Assembly: GCA_963845755.1 (NCBI GenBank)
Contig: CAWJTV010000033.1
Coordinates: 288,001 to 352,000, forward strand
Direction: 5' to 3'
Source of the DNA: an uncultured Planctomycetota bacterium
GTDB taxonomy: Bacteria; Planctomycetota; Planctomycetia; Isosphaerales; Isosphaeraceae
DNA length: 64,000 nucleotides
How positions within the stretch are numbered: position 1 is the stretch's first letter; each line of letters starts with the position of its first letter. The notes under the pieces were generated by a model that was not told the origin of the DNA, did not search any database, and saw nothing but the letters and a program-made list of their open reading frames with translations. Position numbers and translations under genes: made by a program. Positions 36,631 to 47,645 of the stretch are shown here, piece after piece.

Positions 36631-36938
36631 GGTGTACCTCTCGCCTGACAGCAAGGAAGCCGGAGGATCGGGGTCCCATCGCTGCGCAAGACGGCAATCG
36701 ATGACCCATCCGCAATAGTGCGCCGATGCGTGAGGTTCGCTGGCCACGCCGACATCCGCAACCCGCGAAGTCGATTTCGTGCCTCAGGATGAGGACGCCA
36801 CGGTCGCGGCACAGCGCAGACAGATCTGCCTCACCGGCTCCCGGGTCCAACTCCGAGCCCTCGGTTCTGTGCACTTTGCTCCAATCACCTGGCTTTTTTC
36901 CGCTGGTAGGCAATGTCCCGGCGTGCTATCTCTTCCGC

Positions 36939-37534
36939 ATGGAGCCCTTCCGCCAAATTCCCCGCTTCCTCTCCCGCTTGGCCAAGACCGTCAAGGGAGT
37001 CCTCGCCGGGAGCAGAAGCCCCCACCCACCCCGCCGCCAGCCTTGGTCGGTCTTCCGCCCTCGGCGCGAGGGTTGACAGGCCGACCAGCGGAGATCGCCG
37101 AGCATGCCAGCGCAGTGGCCCGCGAGTGGGACGATGTCGCGGAGGCTTATGTCCACAAGCGGATGAGCGAGGCGGGGATCCCCGACCACCAGATCGGCGC
37201 TCCGGATTATCAGCGCGGAGGCATCAAGCATGCCTTCCTGCCGGGTGAGATCATCGGGGGTTCCCACGGCACCGGGCGGCGGCTCTTCGTGGATTCCGGC
37301 ACGTTGAACCCGGAACCGAACGCCGAGGATATCGGGCCGGAGGCGTCGAGGCTCTGGGCCAAGTCTCGGCTCCGCGACCGCATCGACGCCGTCATCGCCC
37401 ACGAGCATTTGGAGGCCCAAGGCGTCTCGCATCATGAGGTGGTTCAACGAGCACCGGATACCGAGCTTCCCATCACCGAGAATGCCCGGAGAATCCTTCG
37501 GAGCATGGCCGAGGGGGTGAAACGGCGGTGCTGA
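36939..37534 (+). CDS. Hypothetical protein with HExxE...H motif (probable frameshift ~37030)
   Basis: RLRDRIDAVIAHEHLEAQGVSHHEV; protein-like composition. Confidence 0.6.
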
Positions 37535-37743
37535 AGCTCCTCCCGCCGTTCCCAACCGAGTTGGGTAAACCGGAAAACCGCTTCCGGTCCCCGCAGGAAG
37601 CCGGAAAACGGTTCCATGATTCCCACCCGGGCCAGCTCGCGGTATGCTTCCAAGTTGGCGGGCGTGACCTCGACGCGCTCCTGGTTGGCCCGGCGCCGCA
37701 AGAGATCGCTAGCAGCTCTCGAGAGCCGGATCGGCTTGGCCAT
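37444..37743 (-). CDS. Small hypothetical protein (possible winged helix)
   Basis: GGAGGA RBS; LSRAASDLL...AYRELARVGIM...FRFTQLGW. Confidence 0.6.
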   Translation of the reverse strand: MAKPIRLSRAASDLLRRRANQERVEVTPANLEAYRELARVGIMEPFSGFLRGPEAVFRFTQLGWERREELQHRRFTPSAMLRRILRAFSVMGSSVSGAR

Positions 37744-37813
37744 GATTTCCTCCATGCCTGGATTGGGTACGTGTCCTTTCAATCAGATTATACCCGGGGG
37801 TGGTACGGGCTGA

Positions 37814-38116
37814 ATGGCAAGTTCGACCCGCCGCCACCTCGACCGCAAGACGCCCTGGCGGCTGGTCAAGAAGTATTGCCGAGCCGCTGGCATCGATCCC
37901 GACCGGCTGGGCGGTCGGGGGATCGGCATCTACTCGCTCCGCAAGACCGCCATCAACGACGCCATCCGCAATGGGGCCTCGATGCACGAGGTTCGCGAAT
38001 TCGCTGGCCATGCCGATCTCCGCACCACCGCAGTCTACTTCGTCCGAAGGGAGGAAGACGCCGAGGTGGCGGTGCGCCGCATCCAGATCCGCCCCACAAG
38101 GTCCGGGGTCCCGTGA
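37814..38116 (+). pseudogene. C-terminal catalytic fragment of a tyrosine recombinase
   Basis: WRLVKKYCRAAGI, YSLRKTAI (HxxR position), VREFAGHADLRTTAVY. Confidence 0.8.
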
Positions 38117-38148
38117 GTCTGTCATCCGCCTTCGTTCGGTCAGGTGAC

Positions 38149-38499
38149 TTACCTCACACTCTTGCTTTTCAAATGTCTCGCGGCGTGAATCTGATCATCG
38201 CAACCAGCGAGTTCCGGGATGGCGAGCTTAACGCCGTACTCTTCTAAGAGTCGCTGGCACTCGGGGCAGATCCTGTGTTCCAAGGATGAGTGATCGGCCG
38301 AGAACCAGCCCCAGAGGGTCACGACGCTGACGATTGCTGAACCCAGCAAGAGCCAAATCAGACCCGCTCCCCAAAACTTTTTGGCAATCCTGGCGGAGTA
38401 CTCACCCCATGGCTCGTGGTAACGCGCGTTTTGTGGCACACTGAGTTCGTCTATCGGTCCACCTCTCTTGGTGAAAAGCATGGAGCGCGGCTCGAACAT
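38149..38499 (-). CDS. Small membrane protein with CxxC
   Basis: TM FWGAGLIWLLLGSAIVSVVTLWGWF; CPEC. Confidence 0.45.
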   Translation of the reverse strand: MFEPRSMLFTKRGGPIDELSVPQNARYHEPWGEYSARIAKKFWGAGLIWLLLGSAIVSVVTLWGWFSADHSSLEHRICPECQRLLEEYGVKLAIPELAGCDDQIHAARHLKSKSVR

Positions 38500-38639
38500 G
38501 CGCCCGGCCGCAACCGGTCGATGATCTCGTCCACGAATTGAAGGATCTCGATAACCACCCTCGAACCGGCCATCGTAGGGGCCGGTCGCTGTCGGTTATC
38601 GCGTGCACACGATGAACTCATGGCAAGGAAGCCGCGAAC

Positions 38640-39200
38640 TTAGCGGCCTTTTTCTGCGCTTTCGTGTTGCTCCAACATCCTGAGGTTGTCGAGGGCCTTA
38701 TGAGGGTCTTCTGCCAGCAACCGGACGGGGATGATTTGAACCTTGGCCGTCGAGAAGTCGGTGTTTTTATAGAGCGGGTCGTAGCGCGGCGGACTTCCGG
38801 CCGCCGTGGCCATCACGTCGCCGAATTCGGAAAAGAAAGGGGGTGGAAGCTCGGAAGGCCAACGAATCGTCGGCGTCACCGCGCTCGTGCCGTCGGTCTG
38901 AGTTAACCGGACGGTGATGATATACCAGGCGTCCTCGATCCCTCTCTGCTTCGCCAGGAGGCGGTACGCTTCATGCGACCGTGCCGTTGCGGCATCGGCC
39001 GGGACCTGGGCCAGTTTGTACAGGACCGGATGGAGCCAAATACTGAGAACTTCGGAATGACTCGTGACGCTGGCAGGTATTCTCTTCACCCTGGTCAGTT
39101 CGTCGGTCACCCATGCCACCACGATGATGCCAAGGATGATTCCGAAGACCATCAGGAGCCTATCGCCAGGCGAGGTATCTGAGTTGGTCTGGGCCTCCAT
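38640..39200 (-). CDS. Membrane-anchored hypothetical protein
   Basis: TM LLMVFGIILGIIVVAWV then a soluble domain; lower GC than flanks. Confidence 0.55.
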   Translation of the reverse strand: MEAQTNSDTSPGDRLLMVFGIILGIIVVAWVTDELTRVKRIPASVTSHSEVLSIWLHPVLYKLAQVPADAATARSHEAYRLLAKQRGIEDAWYIITVRLTQTDGTSAVTPTIRWPSELPPPFFSEFGDVMATAAGSPPRYDPLYKNTDFSTAKVQIIPVRLLAEDPHKALDNLRMLEQHESAEKGR

Positions 39201-39649
39201 TGATGGTTTGAGCGGCAATCTGAATCTGAAGGAGTAAAACCGGCTCCTTGGGCAAGACCAATGGAATGACGGCAAATGGTGCCGCACGCATCGCGTGCAA
39301 TCGCGCCAGTTGTCCAAGCTCAGGGCGGCCACCCTTCCGTTTACCTTGAGCTCGCCTACGAGATCGAAACAGGACCTGGGAAAAGGCCAGTGATCCCTCA
39401 ACAACATGTTGTTGTTGAAAACTTGCCTAGAATCCTCCCCCCTTTTGGTCCGCCGGGCTTGTCGCATCGGGATGTTGCCAGGCCTCAAACCGGGATGTGC
39501 TGGAACTCGCGACATGTTTCATCCCTTTCAGGAAAAAGTTCCTCTCTCCATGATTCACGGGCGGATATGCCAGGAATCAGCACAAACTTCCGCCCGCCTC
39601 ATCGGCATGCGATAATCCCGGATGATCCCCTAACCTCATCTCGAACGAA

Positions 39650-40244
39650 ATGAGGAGGAAAGTTTGGATACCGAACGAGCGGGGTGACCTGACCGCCATC
39701 CTCGACGAGGCCCGCTCCGGCGGCGCCGACGCCCGGGATCGGCTCGTCCGGGCCATCTACGGCGAGCTGCGGCGCACGGCCGGCGGGCTGATGCGCCACG
39801 AGCGGCCCGGCCACACGCTCCAGCCCAGCGCCCTGGTCCACGAGGCCCTGCTGCGGCTCCTCGATGGCGACGCCTTGGCCGACGTCCCCAACCGCCGCTA
39901 TCTCTTCGCCGCCGCCGCCCAGGCGATGCGCCAGGTCCTGGTCGACCACGCCCGGCGCCGCCGCGCCCGGAAGCGCGACGGGAATCGCGTCCGAGTCCCC
40001 CTGGACCAGGTCCTGGCCGGCTTCGATGAGAAGGGCCTGGACGTGATCGCCCTCCACGAGGCCCTCGAACGATTGGCACAGGATCATCCCCGGCCGGCCC
40101 AGGTCGTCACCCTCCGTTTCTTCGGCGGGCTGTCGGTCCCCGAGGTCGCCGCGACCCTCGCGGTCTCGGACACCACCGATCGAGAGCGACTGGCGGTTCG
40201 CGCGGGCCTGGCTGAAGGGCCAGCTCGGAGGAACACCGGGATGA
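39650..40244 (+). CDS. ECF sigma factor (planctomycete ECF-like, kinase-coupled; frameshifts near both ends)
   Basis: YGELRRTA, GHTLQPSALVHEA, MRQVLVDHARRR, LRFFGGLSVPEVA; WRFARAWL in the shifted frame; ATGA overlap with the kinase. Confidence 0.88.
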
Positions 40245-43200
40245 ATCCGGATCGCGGCCAGCGGGTCTACACCATCTTCGAGGCCGCCCTGCGGTGCGAC
40301 CCGGCGGGCCGTGCGGCCCTGCTCGACACGCTGTGCGGCGACGACTCCGAGCTGCGCCGAGGTCGAGCGGCTCCTGGCCGACGACGAGCGAGCCAGCCGG
40401 GACGGCTTCCTGACGGACCCGCCCCCGCCGGGCCAGGGCGCTGAGGGCTCACCGGCCCGGGCTGCTCGGCTTGCGCGGCCTGGATATCCACATCCTCTGC
40501 CCGCACTGCCGCAACCCGATCGAGCTGGTCGGCCTGGCCGCCGCCGACGTCGTCTGCCCCGCCTGCGGCTCGACGTTCCGACTGGAGCGGGAGTCGACGG
40601 CGTCCTGGGGCCTCGCGCGGGGACCAGCGCCGGCTGGGCCGGTTCGAGCTGATCGAGGCCGTCGGGGTCGGGGCCTTCGGCACCGTCTACAAGGCCCGCG
40701 ACCCGCAGCTCGACCGCATCGTCGCCATCAAGGTCCCCCGCGCCGGCAACCTGCCACGCAGCGAGGACCGGGATCGCTTCCTGCGCGAGGCCCGCAGCGT
40801 CGCCCAGTTGCAGCCACCCGGCGATCGTGCCGGTGCACGAGGTCGGCGAGCACGAGGGCCTGCCCTACCTGGTCAGCGATTCGTCCAGGGGCCTGACCCT
40901 CGCCGACCTGCTGACGCGGCCGTCGCCCGCCGCCCCGCGAGGCGGCCCAGTCTGGTCGCCGCGGTCGCCGACGCCCTGCAGTACGCCCACGAGCAGGGCG
41001 TCATCCACCGCGACGTCAAGCCCTCGAACATCATGCTCGACGACGAGGGCCGGCCGCACCTGATGGATTTCGGCCTGGCCAAGCGGGACGCGGGCGAGGT
41101 CACCATGACGCTGGACGGCCAGGTGCTGGGCACGCCGGCCTACATGAGCCCGGAGCAGGCCCGCGGCGAGGGCCACAAGGTCGACGGCCGCAGCGACGTC
41201 TACAGCCTGGGCGTGCATCCTCTACGAGCTGCTCACCGGCGAGCTGCCGTTCCGGGGCAACACGCGGATGCTGCTGCACCAGGTGCTGCACGACGAGCCG
41301 CGGCCGCCGCGGAGCCTGAACGACCGGATCCCGCGCGACCTGGAGACGATCTGCCTGAAGGCGATGGCCAAGGAGCCGAGTCGGCGGTACGCGACGTGCA
41401 CGGGATCTGGCCGACGACCTGCGGCGCTTCCTGAAGGGCGAGCCGATCCAGGCGCGGCCGGTGTCACGGATCGAGAAGGCCTGGCGCTGGTGCCGGCGGA
41501 ACCCGATCACTGGCGGTGGCCAGTTCCTTGGCCATCGCGGCATTGGTGGCCGTGGCCGTGGTTTCGCTCGACTTCGCCGTGGAGCAAACAAAGACGAAGA
41601 ACCAGATCGAGAACCTGGCGAACGACCTTCAGTCGTCGCTGAACAAGTCGGACGAGCCTAGCCAGTGAACTCAAGACATCACTGAAGGAATCAGAGCGGC
41701 GGCTGGCGGCCCTCAACTTTGAACGTGGTCAAACTGCCTGCGAGAAGGGTGAGATGGGTCCGGGCCTGCTGCGGCTGGTCGAGAGCTGGCGGTCGGCCAT
41801 AGCGGCCGATGACCCAGGCTGGCGACATACCGCCCGAGCCAGCCTATCTGGCTGGCAGCGCCATTACACCAGACTCAGGGCGGTTTTTCACCAGGTGTCG
41901 ACAGATTTCGTCCTTCAGCCCCGATGGCAAGACCGTGCTCGACCTGGAACGTCGACAGGACGGCGCGGCTGCGGGATGCGACGACGGGCCGGCCCATCGG
42001 ACTCCCCTTGACTCATCAGGATAGGGTCTCGGCGGTGGCGTTCAGCCCCGACGGCAAGACCGTAATCACCGGGAGCCGAGACAAGACGGCGCGGTTGTGG
42101 GACGCGGCGACGGGCCGGCCCATCGGACTCCCCCTGACGCATCAGGGCGAGGTCTGGGCGGTGGCATTCAGCCCCGACGGCAAGACCGTTCTCACCGGGA
42201 GCTACGACAAGACGGCGCGGCTCTGGGACGTGGCAACGGGCCGGCCTATCGGACTCCCCTTGCCTCATCAGGACCGGGGTCGGGCGGTGGCGTTCAGCCC
42301 CGACGGCAAGACCGTACTCACCGGGAGCGAGGACAAGACGGCGCGGCTGTGGGATGCGACGACGGGCCGGCCCATCGGACTCCCCCTGACGCATCAGGGC
42401 GAGGTCCAGGCTGTGGCGTTCAGCCCCGACGGCAAGACCGTACTCACCGGGAGCGATGACAAGACGGCGCGGCTGTGGGACGCGGCGACGGGCCAGCCCA
42501 TCGGACTCCCCTTGCCGCATCGACGAAGCGGTCTGGGCCGTGGCGTTCAGCCCCGACGGCAAGACCGTACTCACCGGGAACGCCGACAAGACGGCGCGGC
42601 TGTGGGACGTGGCCACCGGCCGGCCCATCGGGCTTCCCCTGACTCATCAGAGCGCGGTCGATGCGGTGGCGTTCAGCCCCGACGGCAAGGCCGTACTCAC
42701 CGGGAGCTAGCGACAACACGGCGCGGCTGTGGGACGCGCCGACGGGCCGGCCCATCGGACCACCCCTGACGCATCAGGGCCGAGGTCCAGGCGGTGGCGT
42801 TCAGCCCAGACGGCAAGACCGTGCTCACCGGGAGCTACGACGAGACGGCGCGGCTGTGGGACGCGGCGACGGGCCGGCCCATCGGGCCTCCCCTTGACAC
42901 ATGAGGGCCGGGTCCATGCCGTGGCATTCAGCCCCGACGGCAAGACCGTACTCACCGGGAGCGGGACAACACGGCGCGGCTGTGGGACGCGGCGACGGGC
43001 CGGCCCATCGGACTCCCCCTGACGCATCAGGCACGAGGTCAGGGCCGTGGCGTTCAGCCCCGACGGCAAGACCGTACTCACCGGGAGCGAAGACAAGACG
43101 GCGCGGTTGTGGGACGCGGCGACGGGCCGGCCCATCGGGCCCCCCCTAACGCATCAAGGCCGAGGTCAGGGCCGTGGCGTTCAGCCCCGACGGCAAGACC

Positions 43201-44358
43201 GTGCTGACCGGGGGCGAAGACAAGACGGCGCGGCTATGGGATGTTTCGGAACTGCCCGACAACCTGGAAAACATTTCGACCTGGGTGGAGGTCATCACGG
43301 GCCTCGGGCTCGATGAACTCGGTTTAGTGATCGTGCTCGACAATTCGACATGGCGGGGGCACCGCGAGAAGCTGGAGACACAAGGTGGTCCGCCCATGAC
43401 AGCCTCGCGTTGGTCACTCGATCCCATCCTCTTCGGCCCTGATCCCACCGCCCGGGCCAAGGCCTGGGTGGAGCGAAAGCGCTGGGCGGAGGCTGAGGCC
43501 GCGTTCGATGAGGCCGTCGACAGCCCGACCGTTCGACACCGCGATCCTGTTCGAACGGGCTTGCTTCCTCGCCGCCCACTCCCAGGGTCAGAAGGCCGAT
43601 GACGACTTCGCCAGGGCCTATATCCTCGGGAAGCGCGGGCCAATGCTCGTGGACAGGATCGCTTCCAGCGAGTCCCTCCTCCGTCGCGTCGTTGCGGAGT
43701 CAGCCAATTCTGCAGCGCCACTATGGGTCAATCGAGGAGAGCTTCTGGCGAAGCGACAACTCTGGACCGAGTCCGCTGCAGCCTTCGGTGAGGCCGTGCG
43801 CCTCCTGCCGGAGAATCTCAATTACCGCCACCTTCAGATCCTGGCACTCGTGGCCGCGGGAGACCACACCGGCCTGCGGCGGACGCAGACCAACCTCCTC
43901 GACCGATTCCGCATGACCACCGATCCTGGAACCGCCAACTTCGTCGCCTGGTACAGCGCGATGGCCGCGGGCGAAGAACCCGACCTCAGTGAAGCGGTTC
44001 GCCTGGCGGAACTTGCCGTGAACAAGGCAGCGAGTGGGACTTCAGGAGCGTCTCTCTTGAACACCCTTGGCGCCGTTTTATGCGCGGGCGGTCACCGAAG
44101 CTGTGAGCCATCTTGAGAAGTCGATCAAGGAAGGGAACGGTGAGAGCCAGGTGAAGACTGGGTGTTCCTGGCCATGGTGCACCATCGCCTGGGTCACCAC
44201 GGGGAGGGGCGTCGCTGGCTCGACCGCTTCCGCGACCGCATGTGCACCTTCGACGCCGACACGTTCTGGCGGAAGCTCGAGATCCGCTTGCTCCGGGCTG
44301 AGGCGGAGGCGGTGGTCCTCTGGGACCCGTCTTCCCGGCCGATCCTTTTGCGTACTGA
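40241..44358 (+). CDS. Ser/Thr kinase with zinc ribbon, TM, WD40 tandem repeats and TPR tail (many frameshifts; possibly a pseudogene)
   Basis: CPHC...[56 protein letters not shown] repeats; ends FPADPFAY*. Confidence 0.85.
41914..43245 (+). repeat. About 11 near-identical ~126 bp tandem units encoding WD40 repeats
   Basis: TTCAGCCCCGACGGCAAGACCG recurs every ~126 bp. Confidence 0.95.
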
Positions 44359-44381
44359 GTAAGCACTCCGTGCGATCAGTC

Positions 44382-44758
44382 GGACTCGCGAGGTTCGAAG
44401 GGGCTCCAGGTCCGCCCTTCGTGCTGCGGCTGCAGCGTCTGATAATACGCACCTATGTTCGGTTAAGTTGAGTTGTGCGGTCTGTACCGGTCACCGCACG
44501 GAGCACAGTAATGATTGCATGCGTCTGCCAACCGGCTGTGCCGACCGTCTGGACGGCCCACCTGAACACCGGTTGGGTCTGCCGATCCGCTGCGCGGCGG
44601 TCCAGAACCTCATCCAGCCGATAAACCGTCCGATCGACGGGGTCGACCCGTCCGGGAAGGAGGGGGATCGGCGGCCCTATTGCTGGTGCGAGCGGCGTCC
44701 ATGAGAGAGACGGTCGCGCGGAGCCGGACTGGTTCTTGGACGCGGCCACAGTCACGCG
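44382..44758. repeat. ~375 bp direct repeat, copy 2
   Basis: Matches 35356..35731. Confidence 0.95.
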
Positions 44759-44917
44759 CCGATCGGACGGGTCGCCTTGGCCCTTGATCTGCACCGACAA
44801 GAACCCGATTGCACGCTTCGCGAGAGTTCAGGACGGATCTCCGAGCATCTCCACCAATCGAACTGCCGTGCTGTGTTCATCCCCGATGATTGAACCTGGG
44901 TTGGTTGCGACATCTCC

Positions 44918-47012
44918 TCAATCCGATCCAGTCCGCAGCCTCCGCACCTCGACCAGGTTATCAAAAAACGTCGCGCCGCCGCCCATATCGGCCAGGGCGG
45001 ATGAGGAGGTGTTATTGACGTTGGCGCCGCCCGCAACAAGCTTGTTCCAGTAGATGCCGGTGGCGACGGCCACGCCGGGGCGGACGCTGCCCGTCAGGGC
45101 GACCCGCGCCAGGAATTGGCCGCGGTCGTTGAACACTTCGACCCGATCGCCGTCGCTCAAATCGCGGCTCCGCGCATCATCCTCGGCCAGCTCGATCGTG
45201 GGCTCGCCGGCCGCGGCGCGGTGATGTGGCGAGTTGGCGAAGGTCGAATTGAGGAACTGCGGGCGCGGCGGGCTGAGCAACTGGAGCGGATACCGCGCGG
45301 CCAGTTCCGGACGGGTCAGCGGGTCCTCCAGCGGCGGCGTGTAGGCCGGCAACGGGTCGAAGCCGTCGGCCTTCATCCGCTCGGAATAGAGCTCGCATTT
45401 GCCGGAGGGCGTGGGGAATACGCCTTCGGCAAACGGGGTGAATGTCTCGGGGAGATTGAGCCGGATCGGTCCCTCGGCCTTCAGGCGGTCGATGGTGATC
45501 CCGTGGAGCGTCGGGCCGCCGTCGAGGACCTCGCGGATTAACGCCTCGTCGTCGGGGAAGAGCTCCGATTCGAAGCCGAGCCGGCTCGCCAGGCCGCGGA
45601 ATACCTCGTTGTTCGACCGGCACTCGCCGCGCGGCGCGATCGCCGGCGCGTTGTACAGCACGTCGAAATGGCCGTAGGAGCCGTGAACGTCTTCGTGTTC
45701 GAGCTGCGACGTGGCCGGCAGGACGATGTCGGCGTAATCGACCGTATCCGTGGCGAACAACTCGTGGACGACGACGAATAAATCCTCGCGGCGCAGGCCC
45801 TCCAGGACCCGGGACTGGTCGGGGACTACGGCGGCCGGGTTGGCGTTGTAGACGTAAAGCGCGCGAACCGGGGGGCCGGGCAATTCTCCGGCTAATGCCT
45901 CGGCGAGCTGGTTCATGTTGACGATCCGGGAATTCGGCGAGAGCAGGGGGCGGGTGAGCTTGTCCATGGCGAAGTCATACGTGCCGCTGGTCGAGAGCAT
46001 CGCCCCGCCGCCGTGATGGCGCCACGAGCCGACGATCGCCGGCAGGCAGGCGATCGTCCGCACCGCCATTCCGCCGCCGTGATGGCGCTGCATCCCGTAG
46101 TTGACCCGGATTAACGAAGGCTGCTCGCGCGCCAGCCGATGCGCGAATCGGGTGATCGTATCGACGTCCACACTCGTGATCGCCGCTACGGTCTCCGGAG
46201 AATACTCGGTCAGGACCCGCTGACGGAGCTGATCGGCGCCGATGGTGGCGCGGTCGAGGTAATCGTCGTCCTGGAGGCCGTCGCGCCAGAGGACGTGCAT
46301 GACGCCGAGTGCCAGGGCTCCGTCGGTGCCGGGGCGGGGCTGGATGTGCCAGTCGGACCGACGGGCCGTCGGGCTCCGGTAGGGGTCGACCGTGACGATC
46401 GTCGCACCGGCCTTGGCGCCTCGATCATCAGGCTCCAGAGGTGGCTGTTGGTGTTCGCCGTGTTCGAGCCCCAGTTGACGATGAACTTGCAGCGCGGCAC
46501 GGCCATCGGGTCGGCGCCAAGGCGGCCTCGGCCCATCGTGTATTCATAACCGAGCGCACGGCCGTGGCGCAGATCGTCCGGTCGAGTCGCGAGGCGCCCA
46601 GACGGTGGAAGAACCGGCGATCGAGGCTGCTCGACTGGAGCTTGCCCATCGTCCCGCAATAGCTATAGGGAAGGATCGCCTCGGGGCCTTCGGCCGATCC
46701 GGCGACGGTCGCGAACCGCTGCGCGATGGTGTCGAGGGCCAGTTCCCAGGTGATGCGTTCGAATTGTCCCTCACCTTTCCTGCCCACTCGCCTCATCGGG
46801 TAAAGCAGGCGATCGGGGCTGTAAATCCGCTCGAGGTATCGGGCCATCTTCTGGCAGAGGAACCCGCGGGTGAAGGGATGATCGGGGTCTCCGCGCAATT
46901 CAACCGCCACGCCGTCCTTGACCGTGACCAGCATGCTGCACGTATCGGGGCAGTCGAGGTGGCAAACGTTCTTGACCACGGTCGATGCGGAGTCGTGTTC
47001 GATGGTCAACAC
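44918..47012 (-). CDS. Molybdopterin-dependent oxidoreductase (frameshifts ~46.3-46.6 kb)
   Basis: CHLDCPDTC, GFLCQK, ALYVYNANP, TVDYADIVLPAT, FPTPSGKCEL, FLNSTF. Confidence 0.9.
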
Positions 47013-47175
47013 GGTATTCGAAATCCTTCGCTTGGTCGATGCGGGCAGGAATGAGCTAGCCCGAACCCGAATTGTTGGACCGATGAGCTTCGATTATAAT
47101 CCTTGATGGAATTCAACGCGCCACGGTTCGCTCCAAAACCAACAGGGTCTCCACGGATTCAACGAGATCCTTGTC

Positions 47176-47337
47176 ATGGTTTCTTCGATCGCAGCCCTTT
47201 CCGTGATGGTTGCCTGTTTGGTGTGGGCGCGGAGCGGATTCATCGTCTCGCCCAAGACGGAGGACAGTCCCGCGGCGGAAGTCGCTCGCGAGGAAGAGGT
47301 GATCCACCAGATCCACCCGGTTCGCCGTCTCAGGTGA
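47176..47337 (+). CDS. Possible 53-aa membrane-anchored small protein
   Basis: MVSSIAALSVMVACLVWA hydrophobic N-terminus; TTGTTG-N17-TATAAT at 47072-47100. Confidence 0.3.
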   Translation: MVSSIAALSVMVACLVWARSGFIVSPKTEDSPAAEVAREEEVIHQIHPVRRLR

Positions 47338-47405
47338 TGAGGGACTCCGACGTGGTGGGGCACTTCCCTAGTTAAGAACCGGTCCGAGAACGGGATCCGG
47401 CCTTT

Positions 47406-47465
47406 GTAGGGTGGGTGAAACCCACCAGGATCAGGCCATTTCCTGGTGGGTTTCACCCACCCTAC
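47406..47465. repeat. GTAG-type REP doublet (inverted pair)
   Basis: GTAGGGTGGGTGAAACCCACCAGGA ... TCCTGGTGGGTTTCACCCACCCTAC. Confidence 0.85.
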
Positions 47466-47645
47466 AAGATTCTCGGATCGTCACTTTGCCTGACCTTGCC
47501 CGCTTGACAAACCGCAACACTCTGACGACGCTAAACAGATGTTGAATCCTCCCGGACGCATCGAGAAGAGCCCGCCGACTGGAACTCGCCTGCCTTCGTT
47601 CGGCCCCTGTCGCGCCGGCCCGCAATCGGATCGCAGGAGATCCCC

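Noticed and set aside
41914..43245. Regular tandem repeats as a possible CRISPR array
   Set aside because: Units are ~126 bp coding WD40 repeats with no unique spacers and no cas genes
44453..44800. ORFs within the 375-bp repeat (115 aa minus, 78 aa plus)
   Set aside because: No RBS or motif support, and the frames differ between the two copies at their ends
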